From positions 39,122,001 to 39,186,000 of the forward strand of contig NC_043006.1 in the NCBI RefSeq assembly GCF_006345805.1: DNA of 64,000 bases, in the 5' to 3' direction. This stretch comes from Octopus sinensis (taxonomy: Eukaryota). This document shows positions 26,907 through 40,217 of the stretch, piece by piece (within the stretch, counting starts at the first letter, position 1; the number at the start of each line of letters is the position of its first letter). The position numbers and the translations under genes are program-made. The notes under the pieces were generated by a model, which worked only from the letters and a program-made list of their open reading frames with translations, searched no databases and had not been told where the DNA came from.

Positions 26907-26924
26907 GCGCCAGCAAGGGGCGCA
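26907..26924 (+). promoter_or_regulatory. CTCF-like motif
   Basis: GCGCCAGCAAGGGGCGCA differs from the CCAGCAGGGGGCGC core at one position and lies in non-repetitive AT-rich intronic DNA. Confidence 0.4.
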
Positions 26925-27077
26925 AAATAGGAACTGGAGTGAATTTGCCAAAAAATTTAACCTTCCAGTTTATACAATTTCAAATTATTAAACATCAAAT
27001 ATGTTATAGTAGCTAAAAACACGGGGAATAACATCAACTCAAGTGGATGGTCGAGTTGTTTAAGAATAATGCTCAGC

Positions 27078-27470
27078 AAGGCGGCGAGCTGGCAGAAACG
27101 TTAGCACGCCGGGCGAAATGCTTACCGGTATTTCGTCTACCGTAACGTTCTGAGTTCAAATTCCGCCGAGGTCGACTTTGCCTTTCATCCTTTCGGGGTC
27201 GATAAATTAAGTACTAGTTACGCACTGGGATCGATGTAATCGACTTAATCCGTTTGTCTGTCCTTGTTTGTCCCCTCTGTGTTTAGCCCCTTGTGGGTAG
27301 TAAAGAAATAGGCATTTCGTCTGAGTTCAAACTCCGCCGAGATCGACTTTGCCTTTCCTCCTTTCAAAGTCGATAAATTAAATACCAGTTGCATACTGGG
27401 GGTCGATCTTATCGACTGGCTCCCTCCCCGCTAAAAATCCGGACCTTGTGCCTAGGGTAGAAAAGTATAC
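27078..27470 (+). mobile_element. SINE family B (1.5 units)
   Basis: AAGGCGGCGAGCTGGCAGAAACGTTAGCACGCCGGGCG...GCCTTTCATCCTTTCGGGGTCGATAAATTAAGTAC...CCTAGGGTAGAAAAG. Confidence 0.92.
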
Positions 27471-27589
27471 CGGCTCTCTTCCGTAGCCACAATTATAGGT
27501 AAACACATTACGTGATGTCCTAGGACATTGTGCTCCGAGTGACGAGTCGACTATACGCCATTTAACCCCAACTCTCACTCCCAGTGAAG

Positions 27590-27890
27590 GTTCGTAACTT
27601 AGTGATATTCGGCTCCGCATCATAAGGTCGTGAGTTCAATTCCCGGTGACTCGTTGTGCCCTTGAGCAGGGTACTTTTTTCTCACCTTTCTCTAGCCCAG
27701 TTAGGTGGCAAAAATGAGTTGTACCTGTATATCAAAAGGCCAACCTCGTCACATTCTGTGTCAAGCCGAATCTCCCTAAGAGTTATATTCATTTCTCAGA
27801 GTGCTCAACCACTTTCGCGTTAAATCCACGAGAAGGCTTTTCTATTGATCGGATCAACTGGAACCTTCCTCGTCGTAAGCGACGGAGCGC
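27590..27890 (+). mobile_element. SINE family C variant
   Basis: GTGAAGGTTCGTAACTTAGTG..GTCGTGAGTTCAATTCCCGG...GATCGGATCAACTGGAAC..GACGGAGCGCCA. Confidence 0.8.
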
Positions 27891-28809
27891 CATTTTTATT
27901 TTATTTTTTAAACCCTGGTTTTCTCAATATCTGAATAAACTGAAAGGCACTGACGCAGAAACCTATCAAGTCTCAAACGAATTGTTTGCGTTATTTAGTT
28001 ACGTTCCGCATTAAAAATCCAATCGGCGATGACTGCGGCAAACATCACTTTAAAGTTGATAAAATAAATATCAGTCAAGTATTGGAATCGATGCGATTGA
28101 TTATACACCCACTCGGTAATTTGTGACCTTGAGTTAACGCCTGAAATCGATGGTAGAAACTCGTTACTGTGGTTTCGCTTCCGGTGAACTCTGATTCAAC
28201 TGACCTGTGATAAAAAGCGTTCCAGCTGTGATTATCACATCGAATATATCATAGAGGTCGGACAAAATTATTTAGGGGCAATATACCTTTGAACATATAT
28301 CCATTCTAGTGTATACACAAGGCTTGAAACTGGGGGGAGGGGGGAGAAGTCAATTATATCACACACCCCAGTGCTCAACGGGTACTTTTTTCATCGACTT
28401 TGAAAGGATTAAAGGTCAAGTGGACCTCGGGCGGGAATTTGAACTCAAGACGGACGAAATGTCGCTAAGCATTTTGTCCGGCATGTTAACGATTATGCCA
28501 GTCCTCCGCCTTATGCTTTCAAGAAATTATAGTTTCCAATTTTGGCACAAGGCCAGCAATTTCGGTGTAGGTGCGTTTACTACCTTGTAACTTAACGGTT
28601 CAGCAAAAAGAGACCGTTGGAATAAGTACTAGGCTTTAAAAAATAAGTAGGGGTGGGTGGGGTCGATTCATTCTTCAAAGCAGTGCCCCAGCATGGCCAC
28701 AGTATAATGACTGACACACGTAAAAGATAAATAATAAAATAAATAAAACAAAGAAGACAACCTATTTTTTAAATTTATTTTCAAGAGAGACTTTAGATTA
28801 AAATATTCT

Positions 28810-29620
28810 TTTCTACCCTAGACACAGAATACCCACTTTTTTACTACCCACAAGGGGCTAAACACAGAGAGGACAAACAAGAACAGACAAGCGGATTAAT
28901 TCGATTATATCGACCCCAGTACGTAACTGGTACTTATTTAATCGACCCCGAAAGGATGAAAGACAAAGTCGACCTCGGCGGAATTTGAACAGAGAACGAA
29001 AGACAGACGAAATGCCTATTTCTTTACTACCCACAAGGGGCTAAACACAGAAAGGACAAACAAGGACAGACAAACGGATTAAGTCGATTATATCGACCCC
29101 AGTGCGTAACTGGTACTTATTTAATCGACCCCGAAAGGATGAAAGGCAAAGTCGACCTCGGCGGAATTGGAACTCAGAACATAAAGACAGACGAAATACC
29201 TATTTCTTTACTACCCACAAGGGGCTAAACACAGAGAGGACAAACAAGGACAGACAAACGGATTAAGTCGATTATATCGACCCCAGTACATAACTGGTAC
29301 TTATTTAATCGACCCCGAAAGGATGAAAGGCAAAGTCGACCTCGGCGGAATTGGAACTCAGAACATAAAGACAGACGAAATGCCTATTTCTTTACTACCC
29401 ACAAGGGGCTAAACACAGAGAGGACAAACAAGGACAGACAAACGGATTAAGTCGATTATATCGACCCCAGTACATAACTGGTACTTATTTAATCGACCCC
29501 CGAAAGGATGAAAGGCAAAGTCGACCTCGGCGGAATTTGAACTCAGAACGTAGCGGCAGACGAAATACCGCTTGGTATTTCGCCCGGCGTGCTAACGTTT
29601 CCGCCACCTCGCTGCCTTGC
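28810..29620 (-). repeat. Tandem array of four SINE-B body units, period 183-184 bp, with one head
   Basis: TTACTACCCACAAGGGG starts at 28841, 29024, 29208 and 29392. Confidence 0.95.
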
Positions 29621-30376
29621 TGAGCATTATTCTTAAACAACTCGACCATCTACTTGAGTTGATGTTATTCCCCGGTGTTTTAAGCAACTTAACGATTCTG
29701 CCAGCTAGCCGCCTTTTTCAGAGTAAAATATTGGAAATAACGCATTTGTTTTTCTAAAAAATATCTCTAGAACGTGCTAAGAAGATTGTCTCTGCAAATG
29801 CGCTGCTGAAAGTGGGGTTCGTCTAATACGCCCGTGCTTTCTTTTATAGCATCAAATCAGGTAATGTAATGATGTATCAGTAATGAAAGCGTATCACTTT
29901 CTATACTTATACTAAATTAAACTAAACTAATTATTAATTATCTTTATGATTTACTTGTTTCCGTCATTAGACTGTGGCCATGTTGTAGCACTACCTTGAT
30001 ATATATATTCGTTACTATCCTGTTTTTGTTACCATTTTTACCCCTCCGCCAAAAAATCTCAAATTTTATTTAATTTGATTTTCGCGGGAAGGAAAATTTC
30101 ATCGAAGACATGTATCGCCTTGACCTTCGAAACGTGGAGTAGATGAAATTAAGGCGACTTAAGAAGGGGAATTTTCCTTGTTTTGTATGTCCTGTACTCT
30201 ATTTTTTCGTTGTTTTAAAAAAATGTCCATTTCCTTGGTTTTGTGTTTATGTTTTCGTTTCTCATTGTATTCGACGTTTTTTTGGTGTCCTGTACCCATA
30301 TATGCATGTATAAATACATGTAGAGGTAGGTACGTACATATATGTATGTATATATGCATATATTTTATTTATTTAT

Positions 30377-30423
<47 letters not shown>

Positions 30424-30451
30424 ATATGAAGATAGATAGATAGACAGATTT

Positions 30452-30489
<38 letters not shown>

Positions 30490-30783
30490 TGTGTGGTGTG
30501 CGTGTGTGTGTGTGTGAGTGAGTGTTTGTGTGTGTAAGAGATTTTCGCTTCCGAGCAAGTTCATTACAGACAGATATCCATACACACAAACACATATATA
30601 TCCTCACGTGCGCACACGTACAAACGCGCGCACGCACACACGCGCACGCACACACGCGCACGCACACACGCGCACGCACACGCATAAACACGATTTATTG
30701 TATGTATTGAACCAGGAAGAGGAAGAAAGAGAAGCCTTATCGCTTTTTAATGTACGTAGCAGAGTGTTTAAATATATATGTGT

Positions 30784-30829
<46 letters not shown>

Positions 30830-31374
30830 GTGGGTGTGAGTGTGTGTATGTGCCTGCGTGTGTGTGTGTGTGTGTGCAAACACGTGTAGTATACGAAAAA
30901 GTTTCCGGGTTTCCCTTTAAACTGTCACCCTTCTAAATTTCACATCTTCTTACTGTAAACAGGATGTTTGTTAGTTTTGCTTCGGGTGTGGGAAAGACGG
31001 ATAAACGCTTGGAAAGCATAAAAGGGGAAGAGATACGGAGTGAAAGAAGGAAGCACAAATTCCAAGACAAAGGTTTCGAAACTCAGAACATAACAGAATA
31101 ATGGTTTATAGACGGACAACGTGGAAGTTCAAATAATGCGTCTAAAAAAAACAAAAAGAAAAGTAAAAAAAGAAACTAAAAAAAAAACAATAAAATAAAT
31201 GAGAAACGTAGAGTAGATATGACTGGGTGGTTAAGAAGCTCGCTCTGCTGCCATGTGGCTTTGGGTTCGGTACCATTGCAATGCATCTTAGGCAAATGTC
31301 TTCTACTGTAGCCTCGGGACGACCAATGCCTTGGGAATGTATTCGGTAGATGGAAACTGAAAGAAGCCCGTCCT

Positions 31375-31472
<98 letters not shown>

Positions 31473-31634
31473 ATACAACTGATATTTATTTCATCGATCC
31501 CAATAGGATGACAAGGAAAATCACCGTGACCAGAATTTGAACCGAGAATGTAAACAGCCGGAGAAAATACTGCTTAAAATTTTGTCTTGCCTGGTGATGA
31601 TTCTGTCAGATTGCTACCTTAAAAACAACAACAG

Positions 31635-31845
31635 TAGTGGAGGCGCAATGGCCCAGGGATTAGGGCAGCGGACTCGCGGTCGTAAGAACGCGGTTTCGAT
31701 TCCCAGACCGGGCATTCTGAGTGTTTATTAAGCAAAGACACCTAAGCTCCACGAGGCTCCGGCAGTGTGGTGGTGTGGGGGGGGGGGGGTGAACCCCGCT
31801 GTACTATTTCACCACAACTTTCTCTCACTCTTTCTTCCTACTTCT
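31635..31845 (+). mobile_element. SINE family C, 5' part
   Basis: TGGAGGCGCAATGGCCCAGGGATTAGGGCAGCGGACTCGCGGTCG..GGTTTCGATTCCCAG. Confidence 0.85.
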
Positions 31846-34399
31846 GCCACAAAGCAGAGGAACCATGGTGTAACCCACTAGGGTGTGGTAAAACTTTCAG
31901 ACCCTAGTCTAGATTGCAAATCCTCTGTACCCCCGGATGGTTCAGCTCTCCACCCGTTAAAAGCCACCGTTTACGAAATGAGGATAACAACGTAGCTTTC
32001 GCACCCGTGCAACCGCCAGTCTATCGCGTGTGTTGGGTGGATCTTCAAATTGCCACACGCATTCTTAGTAGCTTAGAGTAGGCTCGAATTAGAGATTATT
32101 CTTTGTGGCTAATGGCGTGAGCCCTGATTGAAATCAGAACAACAACAACAGCATCAATAATAATGGTTTCGAATTTTGGCACAAGGCCAGCAATTTCGGT
32201 GGATGATCAAAGACGATTACACCAACCCCAGTGCTCAACTGGTAATTATTTTATCGAAACCTGGTGGAATTTGAATTCAGAACGTCAAAACGGACGCAAT
32301 GCCGTTTAGCATTTTGTCCGGCGTGCCAACGATTCTGTCAGCTCCCTACCTTTACAACAACAACAACAACGATAGCCCTTTCTTATATTGGCAGAAGGCC
32401 TGAAACTTGTAACGGGAATTAGTTGCTTCTTACACTTTTGGGGTGCAACTCGGGTGCAACACAGTTTCCGTTCTTTTAATTTCCAGAATCTACCAGTCAA
32501 AGAACACAAACGCAACCTTAAAAAATATATATTATTTATTTTCTTATCTACAGAAAGAAATAAGGTGGTGTATGGGTATCCACTTGGGTCTGGATGTAGC
32601 AAAGCTGAACTTTAACGCTTGTAAGAATCTTACAAGTTCAGCAGCAAAACAGAGCTGGTCAAATATTAGGGTCCGGAGACAGCGAAGAAAATACGTCTGC
32701 AACAATGTCAACTAATGCCACATCATCATTTCCTTTCTTCAGTCTTTGCGCATGCCCGAAAAGGGCACTTCCCTTCTGCCTTTGCAGAAGGCTCCAAATC
32801 CGCACGCGCACACTGATGTATAACGTCACTACAAACTTTTGGGGAGGGGGTCTAGTCGATTACATCAACCCCAATGCTCCACTGATAGTAATTTCACGGA
32901 TCTCAAAAGGATGAAACGCAAATTCGCCTTCAGCGGAATTTGAACCGAGAACGTAAACGTAAACAGCTCGAAGAAATGTCGTCTGTTGCGGCAACGATTC
33001 TGCCAGTTTTATTTTTTTGCTTTTTAACAACAACAACAGCAATAACAACAACAAGAAACCACCCCACCCCGTCCTACACACACACACATACACACACACC
33101 TGTCAAAGAAATCCTTGGAAAGAATAATAAAAAAAAAATAAATAGAAAGTGAATCTTTCCACCCACTCCTAAAAGACGAACGAACAAAAGAAAGGACCTC
33201 GGCAGCGACGAAAATTAATGACGCATTTTTCTTATTTGCTTTAGACCTAAGGGAAACGAAGCAGGAAACAAGCAATTAGCTGATCTCCTGCATAGTTTCG
33301 TGTTAAAAGGTGTGCTTGTCAGATAAGACAATCGACTGACTTGCGATGTTTCATGGCTTGCTAACCTCGTTTGTCACTTTACTCTGTGATATATGCAGAC
33401 AAAAATAATAGGATGAATATTTATTTATTCCATAGACTAAACGCGTTAGAATCAATTACGAGATTTCATTATGGCTGTTGTTGTTGCTGCCGTTATCACC
33501 AACATCATCATCATCATCATCATCATTATCATTTGGTGAGCAGGGACCATCCATCAATCAGTACTTGCCTATTTTATTCCTAAGGTTTATTATTTGTTTT
33601 TTTCTTTTGGTTTGGTCAAGAGTTGCGACTGTATGTGTTGTGCGAGTGCGTGTGTGTATGTGTGTATGTATACTTCACACACACGCGCGCGCACGCGCGC
33701 GCACACACACACACACACACCACACACTCTCACCCCCCCACACACACACAAACACACTATTTTTTAGCCGAAAAAACCTCTCAAACTGGCTCTGAGTTCC
33801 ACGTGACCGTTCATTAGACAGGTGTGATAATACAGACTATTATAAAATATGGATGGGTTAATTCGCGATTTTACAACCTAAAGGTAGAAATATATACGAC
33901 ACTAAAGGGAAGAAAGTGCACCAATGACCACCAGTATTGCTAGAAATAAGAGTCAAAACAACTCAATAGCTAACAAAAGCACTGTCTTATTTAGCTGACA
34001 AGGGAGGGGTGCAAGTTATAAACATTTAATGCATCGATTTTATAAATTCCATCCAAGGATTATTGTTATTATGGATCTATTCCTGGATCTGTTACGTCAC
34101 CCGAAATAACTTCTAAAATACGAAATTTTGTCAAAAGCGTTCAAAGTAAACCGTGTTCTACGTGAGAAATTCCATCAGTATTCGAAGTTTCAAACTGTTT
34201 AGTTGAAAAAAAAAAAACTTATTTAAAAAAATCTGTGATTGAGGTGGAATAGATCCGTTATCCGACATTATATCGGTACAGTTTGATGCAACCACAAAAA
34301 CTAGTTTGCCAGTCAGCATCATTAGACTGTGCCCGGCATAATGGAATAGGAGTTTAATTTGCATATTCAAAACGTTTCCTGTAAACAAAATAATATATA

Positions 34400-34446
<47 letters not shown>

Positions 34447-34583
34447 CCACCGTGATCACCGTGACCGACCAGGCTATCAGATGTTGCTACACATCGTCTG
34501 GTCACAATACGCTTCGCATTGTTTTACCTTCAAATGACGCCAACACCCTGGCTAAGCGAGCATGCCAATATATATATACATTA

Positions 34584-34646
<63 letters not shown>

Positions 34647-35069
34647 AATATATATACATACCGTTGTTCGAGTGTGTTTCTTTATATCAAATCCGTGTTT
34701 ACCGATCTGATATATGTTATTCGATAAAATATATTTCCTACTGAAAGAATTGCAGACGCCCATATGATCGACCGAAACCGTTCAAAGCTGTGCTCCAGCA
34801 TGGCATTGGTCCAAAGGATACATAAACATATATCTCTTGTTTTGGTCGAGACAGTCGCTTGCTACTTTGAGTTTCATTTGGGTGTTCACAGGATTTTCAA
34901 GCACGTTATGTCTCTCATAACTTGCTGTCGTAACATGCATGAAGGCCCTGCACACTCACTGGGAAACTCGGAGTAGTAAGATCTGAGATGATTAAATTAA
35001 AATATATCTTTAATCTTTACAATGCTCTTGAGTACTCCTTTTGTCGACTGTCAACATTGATCGTGTGTG

Positions 35070-35285
35070 AAGGTGGCGACCTGGCAGAAATTTTAGCACG
35101 CCGGGTGAAATGCTTAGCAGTATTTCGTCTGTTTTTACTTTCTGAGTTCAAACTCTGCCGAAGTCGACTTTGTCTTTCTTCCTTTCGGTGTCGATAAATT
35201 AGTTAGCAGTTGCGTACTGGGGTCGATCTAATCGACTCGCTCCCTCCCCAAAAATTTCATGCCTTGTACCTAGAGTAGAAAAAAA
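35070..35285 (+). mobile_element. SINE family B
   Basis: AAGGTGGCGACCTGGCAGAAA...TTGTACCTAGAGTAGAAAAA. Confidence 0.88.
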
Positions 35286-36081
35286 ACATTGATCGTGTGT
35301 GTGTGTGAGAATGAATTACTAGTTCCTACGTAGTTTTATCATTGCGGTTATCTGGAATCCAGCATTGGATGTTCTAGATGCATTTGGATGCTTAACCAGA
35401 ATGGATCATAAGGAAAACACGTTTTGGATCTTGTTACAGAGACTTAATGCATGCATGCATGCCTGTATATATGTGTGTATGTATGTAATCACCTGACTGA
35501 CCAAGCTACCAAATGTTGTCGTACATCGCTAGTTACAATGTGCTTTTGCATTTGTTTAGCCCTCAAATGAGGCTACCTCACTTTCGATCGAGAGGCGGGA
35601 CTAGAGCAACATGATATGAAGTGTTTTGTTCAAGAACACAACACATCGTCCTATCAGGGAATCGAACCCACGATCTAGTGATCATGAGTCCAACCGCCTA
35701 ACCACTAGGCCACCCGCCTTCACATGTATGTATGTATGTATGTATGTCATAATGCACGCAAACTTCTGATCCACGTATGTTCCGTCGCCTTTTTCTGCTT
35801 TTGGCGTCGCAATTATAACATTCAAAATCTGCTTCTATTTTGCTGACATTATACTTCCGTAGCTAAAGCGTAAAATGTTTCACGTTTGCTGGCTGCCACA
35901 TATTTAGATCAACGAGAACACACAAGGCCCAACTCTAGCATCGCTTGCGCTGTCTCCTCTTCATATACTCTAAATAGGCTGATGTCCACAGGAAAGCTGC
36001 CTACATACAGAAGTAAACCACCCGTATGAGTGGCAAATATATCAACAAACCAAGGGATAACACCAACCAGTTACAATTATT

Positions 36082-36687
36082 GGATCTTTACCTTTTGACC
36101 GACAGATTTAAAAAATAATTTTTTTGTAACTAAACACTTTCAAACTTTGGACATTTGTAGAATGTGTCAAATAAAACATCTTTTACTCTTAGCATTTTTG
36201 AGAAAAACTTATATTTATAAAGTAATTTCACGTTAAAGTTGTCCTATTTCGGTAATTTCAACCAATCAATGACGTATTCAGCTGAATAAAATTACTGCCG
36301 TTGTTTGTCAATAACAACTATCGGTGGAGTAATTTTCGTTTGTCACTGTTATGACATCGTTCGTGCGTTTGTACTGGTTTTAGCTTTAAGGTGTTAGGGT
36401 TAGGGTTGTCATAAATAACAGTAGTAAATGAAATATACACCGCCGGAAGTTCTTGTTGACAAACAACAGCAGTAATTTTATTCAGCTGAATACACGTCAC
36501 TGATTGGTGGAAATTACTGAAAGAGGCCAACTTTAACAAGAAATAACTTCGTAAATATAAGTTTTTCTCAAAAATGCGAAGAGTAAAAGATGTTTTATAT
36601 GACACATTCTACCAGTGTCCGAAGTTTGAAAGTGTTTGATTACAAAAAAAATATTTTTTAAATCTGTCGGTCAAAAGGTAAAGTTCC
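36082..36687. mobile_element. 606-bp foldback / long-TIR non-autonomous DNA transposon with exact 8-bp TSD
   Basis: CAATTATT|GGATCTTTACCTTTTGACCGACAGATTT...AAATCTGTCGGTCAAAAGGTAAAGTTCC|CAATTATT; arms ~275 bp, ~50-bp spacer. Confidence 0.92.
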
Positions 36688-38409
36688 CAATTATTTCCAA
36701 AGAGCTTAAATGAATAACGATAATCGCTTTTCAGTATCCATTCCACAGACACTGATTTAATAATAAACTACCAAAGAAGTTTTTCACCACTAACAACAAT
36801 ATTTACTTTCTGAAGCGGCTACAATTTGATGATAGCATCACTGCAGTATTCTGCCAGGTGATACACGAGGAGAATTAAATATACAACTGGAGTACGCTAG
36901 GCATTCATTAGAAAATGATTGTCTGGAAATCAGCCCACACCTGGCAACAAGGTACACACGCGGTTAACTTCCTTAACTTCCTTATCAACAATATGGACAT
37001 TTGTTTATGGGCTTACGTGGTGTATATACCATATAAGGTGTAATAAATGTAATGGAGCTTACAACAGGAATACAGTTTACAAGCTGAACAACTGCGTTGG
37101 ATAACATACTTAATAAGGCTGTCCACACAAAATGAATGAATGAACGAATAAACAAATAAAAACCCATCATAGGCAAGATACTGTAGTCACTATATGCTCA
37201 TTACGTTCTGAGTTCAAATTCCACTGGGATTAAATTTTCCTCCTTTCGAGGTCGTTGAAATAAAGTACCTGCCAAGTACTGGGGTCATTGTAACTGATTA
37301 ACCTCTACCCCTAATATTGCTTGTCTTGTACCAAAATCTGAAATCATTATTCTAATCTTAAACATCACGGAACGGAATATTGGCAATTCGCGGTTTAAAG
37401 AAACTAACTATATAATTTAACTCCGTCTGCGAACAACAGACAAGAGTTATGTCATTCTAATTGATTTCTATAAATAACAATACCAATATATGTATTTGAA
37501 CCGCAGCTGGTCTTCATATATCTGTGTCGATCAGAGCTGAGTTTATACTACGTTATTTTCTCTCTTAATAACATTTTATATTGATATATAAGATAAACGT
37601 GTAAAATGGTTGATATTACTCTACTTCGGTATTCACTCTTGTATATCCATCTTGTATTATAGTATTTTTTTCCCTAAAACTATATTCACTCTCTCTCTCT
37701 TTGTTTGTCTGTCTGTTTGTCTCTCAATAACGCACGCCCAGACATGCACTCATACACGCACACTCACCCATACACATCTATAAATACACAATGAAGTTCC
37801 AATCAACTTCGTTTCACAATCAATTTGACTCAGTTCCTAGTACTGTCACGCCATCAATAATTGTAAATGTTCCGTTACTATTTTAAAACTTGCCTTAAGA
37901 TAATAACTCTATTCCACACACATACACACGCACACACACATATTAGAGGGTGTGTCATTAATTGGCCACAATATTCTTATAACATTTTCATGGAATTGAA
38001 AAATTACTTGCTCGCGCATCACGGTACTTGGCGCCCTCTGACGACTACATCGTAGGCTTGAACCTGAAACCTTAATTAAATTGTTATTACTTTAAGCATT
38101 GGCGCCACTCCTTACTGTTTGGTATAATGGAGAGTAGCATTTTGACTGACCCATTTTCCTCCAAGCCGAAAATATATCAAGGGCTAAAACCTTTCGAAAG
38201 CTCTTATTAATTCAAAGAAAATATTTATTGCTTACGAATGTCAGTAAATGTTCCGAAAATTGTTTCAAATCTAGTCGTAAAAGTATTACGCATTAAGAAG
38301 TAACCGGGCGTCTGACCAGACTTAAAAGTATCCTGCATGAAGAAGAAACCGGCCACGTCTCGAGTGGATGATAGCATCGAAGCAGTCCATGATATAGTGA
38401 GAATTTACA

Positions 38410-38585
38410 AAAAGAAGAAAAAAAAAAAAAAGACGAAGACGGGTGTGTAAACAACAAACAGATGTATTAGTTTAACGCTCGGGAAGTGAGAAAGTCTTTT
38501 ACGTTTCGAGCCTGTGCTCTTCGACAGAAAGGAATACAGAAATAAACAGGGAGAGAAAATAGAAACAGGTTTAGTGGCTAGCGAT
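38410..38585 (-). mobile_element. Penelope-like terminus with a hammerhead-like variant
   Basis: Minus strand CTTT-CTGTCGA-A-GAGC-ACAG-GCTC-GAAA-CGT-A-AAAG; homologous to the duplicated unit at 42859-43350. Confidence 0.55.
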
Positions 38586-38896
38586 CTATCCATGATATAG
38601 TTCTAATGAACGGACGGTTGACTATTAATGAAGTAGCTTAGATGTGTATTAGTGTTTTACTCTTTTACACGTTTCTGTGATTTGACTGCGGCCATGCTTT
38701 AGTCGAAGAAATCTCCCCCACTCCAGGACTTATTATTTGTAAGCCTAATACTTATTCTATTGGTCTATCTTGCCGAACCGCTAGTTTCGGTGACATAAAC
38801 GCACCAAGATCGGTTGTCAAACGATGGAGGGACAAACATACATACACACACATAAATATATATACATACATACACACACACACACATATATATAAT

Positions 38897-38986
<90 letters not shown>

Positions 38987-39046
38987 CGACGGGATTCTTT
39001 CAGTTTCCTATTGAATGAAAACAGTATTGTCTAGTATACCCAAGAG

Positions 39047-39279
39047 CAGTGATTCCCAACGTAAGGCATACGCCCCACCAGTGAGGCATGAGGAAAATTG
39101 TGGTGGGATATGGGATCCAAAATTTTTGGGTTTTTCTCTTAGTGGGACATGGAATTGTGGAAATCTTTTTTTCACAGCAAACATACTACACCCATACTTT
39201 TTTTCCAACCACCGATGGAGTATACTTTTTTCTGGGAAGTTATAGTGGGGCCTGGAGGAACATAGGTTGGGAAACATTG
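39047..39279. mobile_element. 233-bp hAT (Charlie-like) MITE
   Basis: TIRs CAGTGATTCCCAAC / GTTGGGAAACATTG; flanks CCCAAGAG / CTCTAGAG (6 of 8 match; Charlie-type NTCTAGAN target). Confidence 0.75.
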
Positions 39280-39659
39280 CTCTAGAGCCTGTAAGATTGC
39301 ATTGGTCAGATGAAAAAGTACTGACAGTCGAATCCATATCTCTTGAAGACGGGGTCAGCAGTGTTTCGTATCGGACACCGTTGGAGCGGAGGCATTTGCG
39401 ATTTGACCAAATACATAAATTATACCCTCATCAGCTGTCACACCTACCACTGCAAATCAAAACGTTAAATAAAAACAAATAATGATACACTGAATTGTAT
39501 TCGAAACCGCGGGCACATATGGTACATCTTTCCACGTTTGTCATGGGGGAGGATGTCGTAAGAAAAAAAAAAGACTAATAAATGAATTATAACGTTCGTT
39601 ACAAATGGAACGGATGGTGGATTCGCTGACACAAACTCGAAGCGAAAATTCTTACGTTA

Positions 39660-39880
39660 TATATAATTCTTTATTGCCCACAAGGGGCTAAACATAGAAG
39701 GGACAAACAAAGGGATTAAGTCGATTACATCGACCCCAGTGCGAAAGTGGTACTTTATTTATCGACCCCGAAAGGATGAAAGGTAAAGTCGACCTCGGCG
39801 GAATTTGAACTCAGAACGTAACGACAGACGAAATACCGCTAAGCATTTCGCCCGCTAACAAGTCTGCCAACGCCGCCTTC
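39660..39880 (-). mobile_element. SINE family B
   Basis: Family core CGACCCCGAAAGGATGAAAGGTAAAGTCGACCTCGGCGGAATTTGAACTCAGAACG. Confidence 0.9.
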
Positions 39881-39991
39881 TTACGTTATATATTTTCTTG
39901 GTCACCCCTACCTTTTCCTGTTGTCATTTGCTAGGGTCAGGCACCCTCGTATTTTTTCTGTTCGCTGGTTCTATGTTCAAAGGTACAAGTA

Positions 39992-40217
39992 CAACAATCC
40001 CTCGACTATCGCGGATGTTACGTTCCAAAACCTCCCACGATAGGTGAAAATCCGCGAAATAGAAACAGCTTTGTACTGTTTATTTATTTTAAAAATTATT
40101 TTTATAATTTGTACATATTTATTTTATTATAAATAAAAAACAACGCCACGGAAGAATCGACGTAAGCTTAAACAATAAACCGCGATGGGTGAATCGCGAT
40201 ATGGCGAGAAATTACCG
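39992..40217. mobile_element. pogo/Tigger-like MITE
   Basis: TA|CAACAATCCCTCGACTATCGCG...CGCGATATGGCGAGAAATTACCG|TA: imperfect Tigger-style TIRs with TA TSDs. Confidence 0.7.

Noticed and set aside
30948-31141. Minus-strand segment with a strong acceptor and ACA|GTAAGA donor
   Set aside because: Stop codons in every frame.
37018-37119. Open phase 1 to phase 1 candidate exon (ALLSMLSNAVVQLVNCIPVVSSITFITPYMVYTP) on the minus strand
   Set aside because: Frame-compatible, but the peptide is not recognisable and such segments are expected by chance in 45 kb; only RNA-seq could rescue it.
38236-38335. Minus-strand candidate exon DTFKSGQTPGYFLMRNTFTTRFETIFGTFTDI with good splice sites
   Set aside because: Open only in phase 0, incompatible with the phase-1 donor at 49184 unless another exon intervenes; coordinates approximate.
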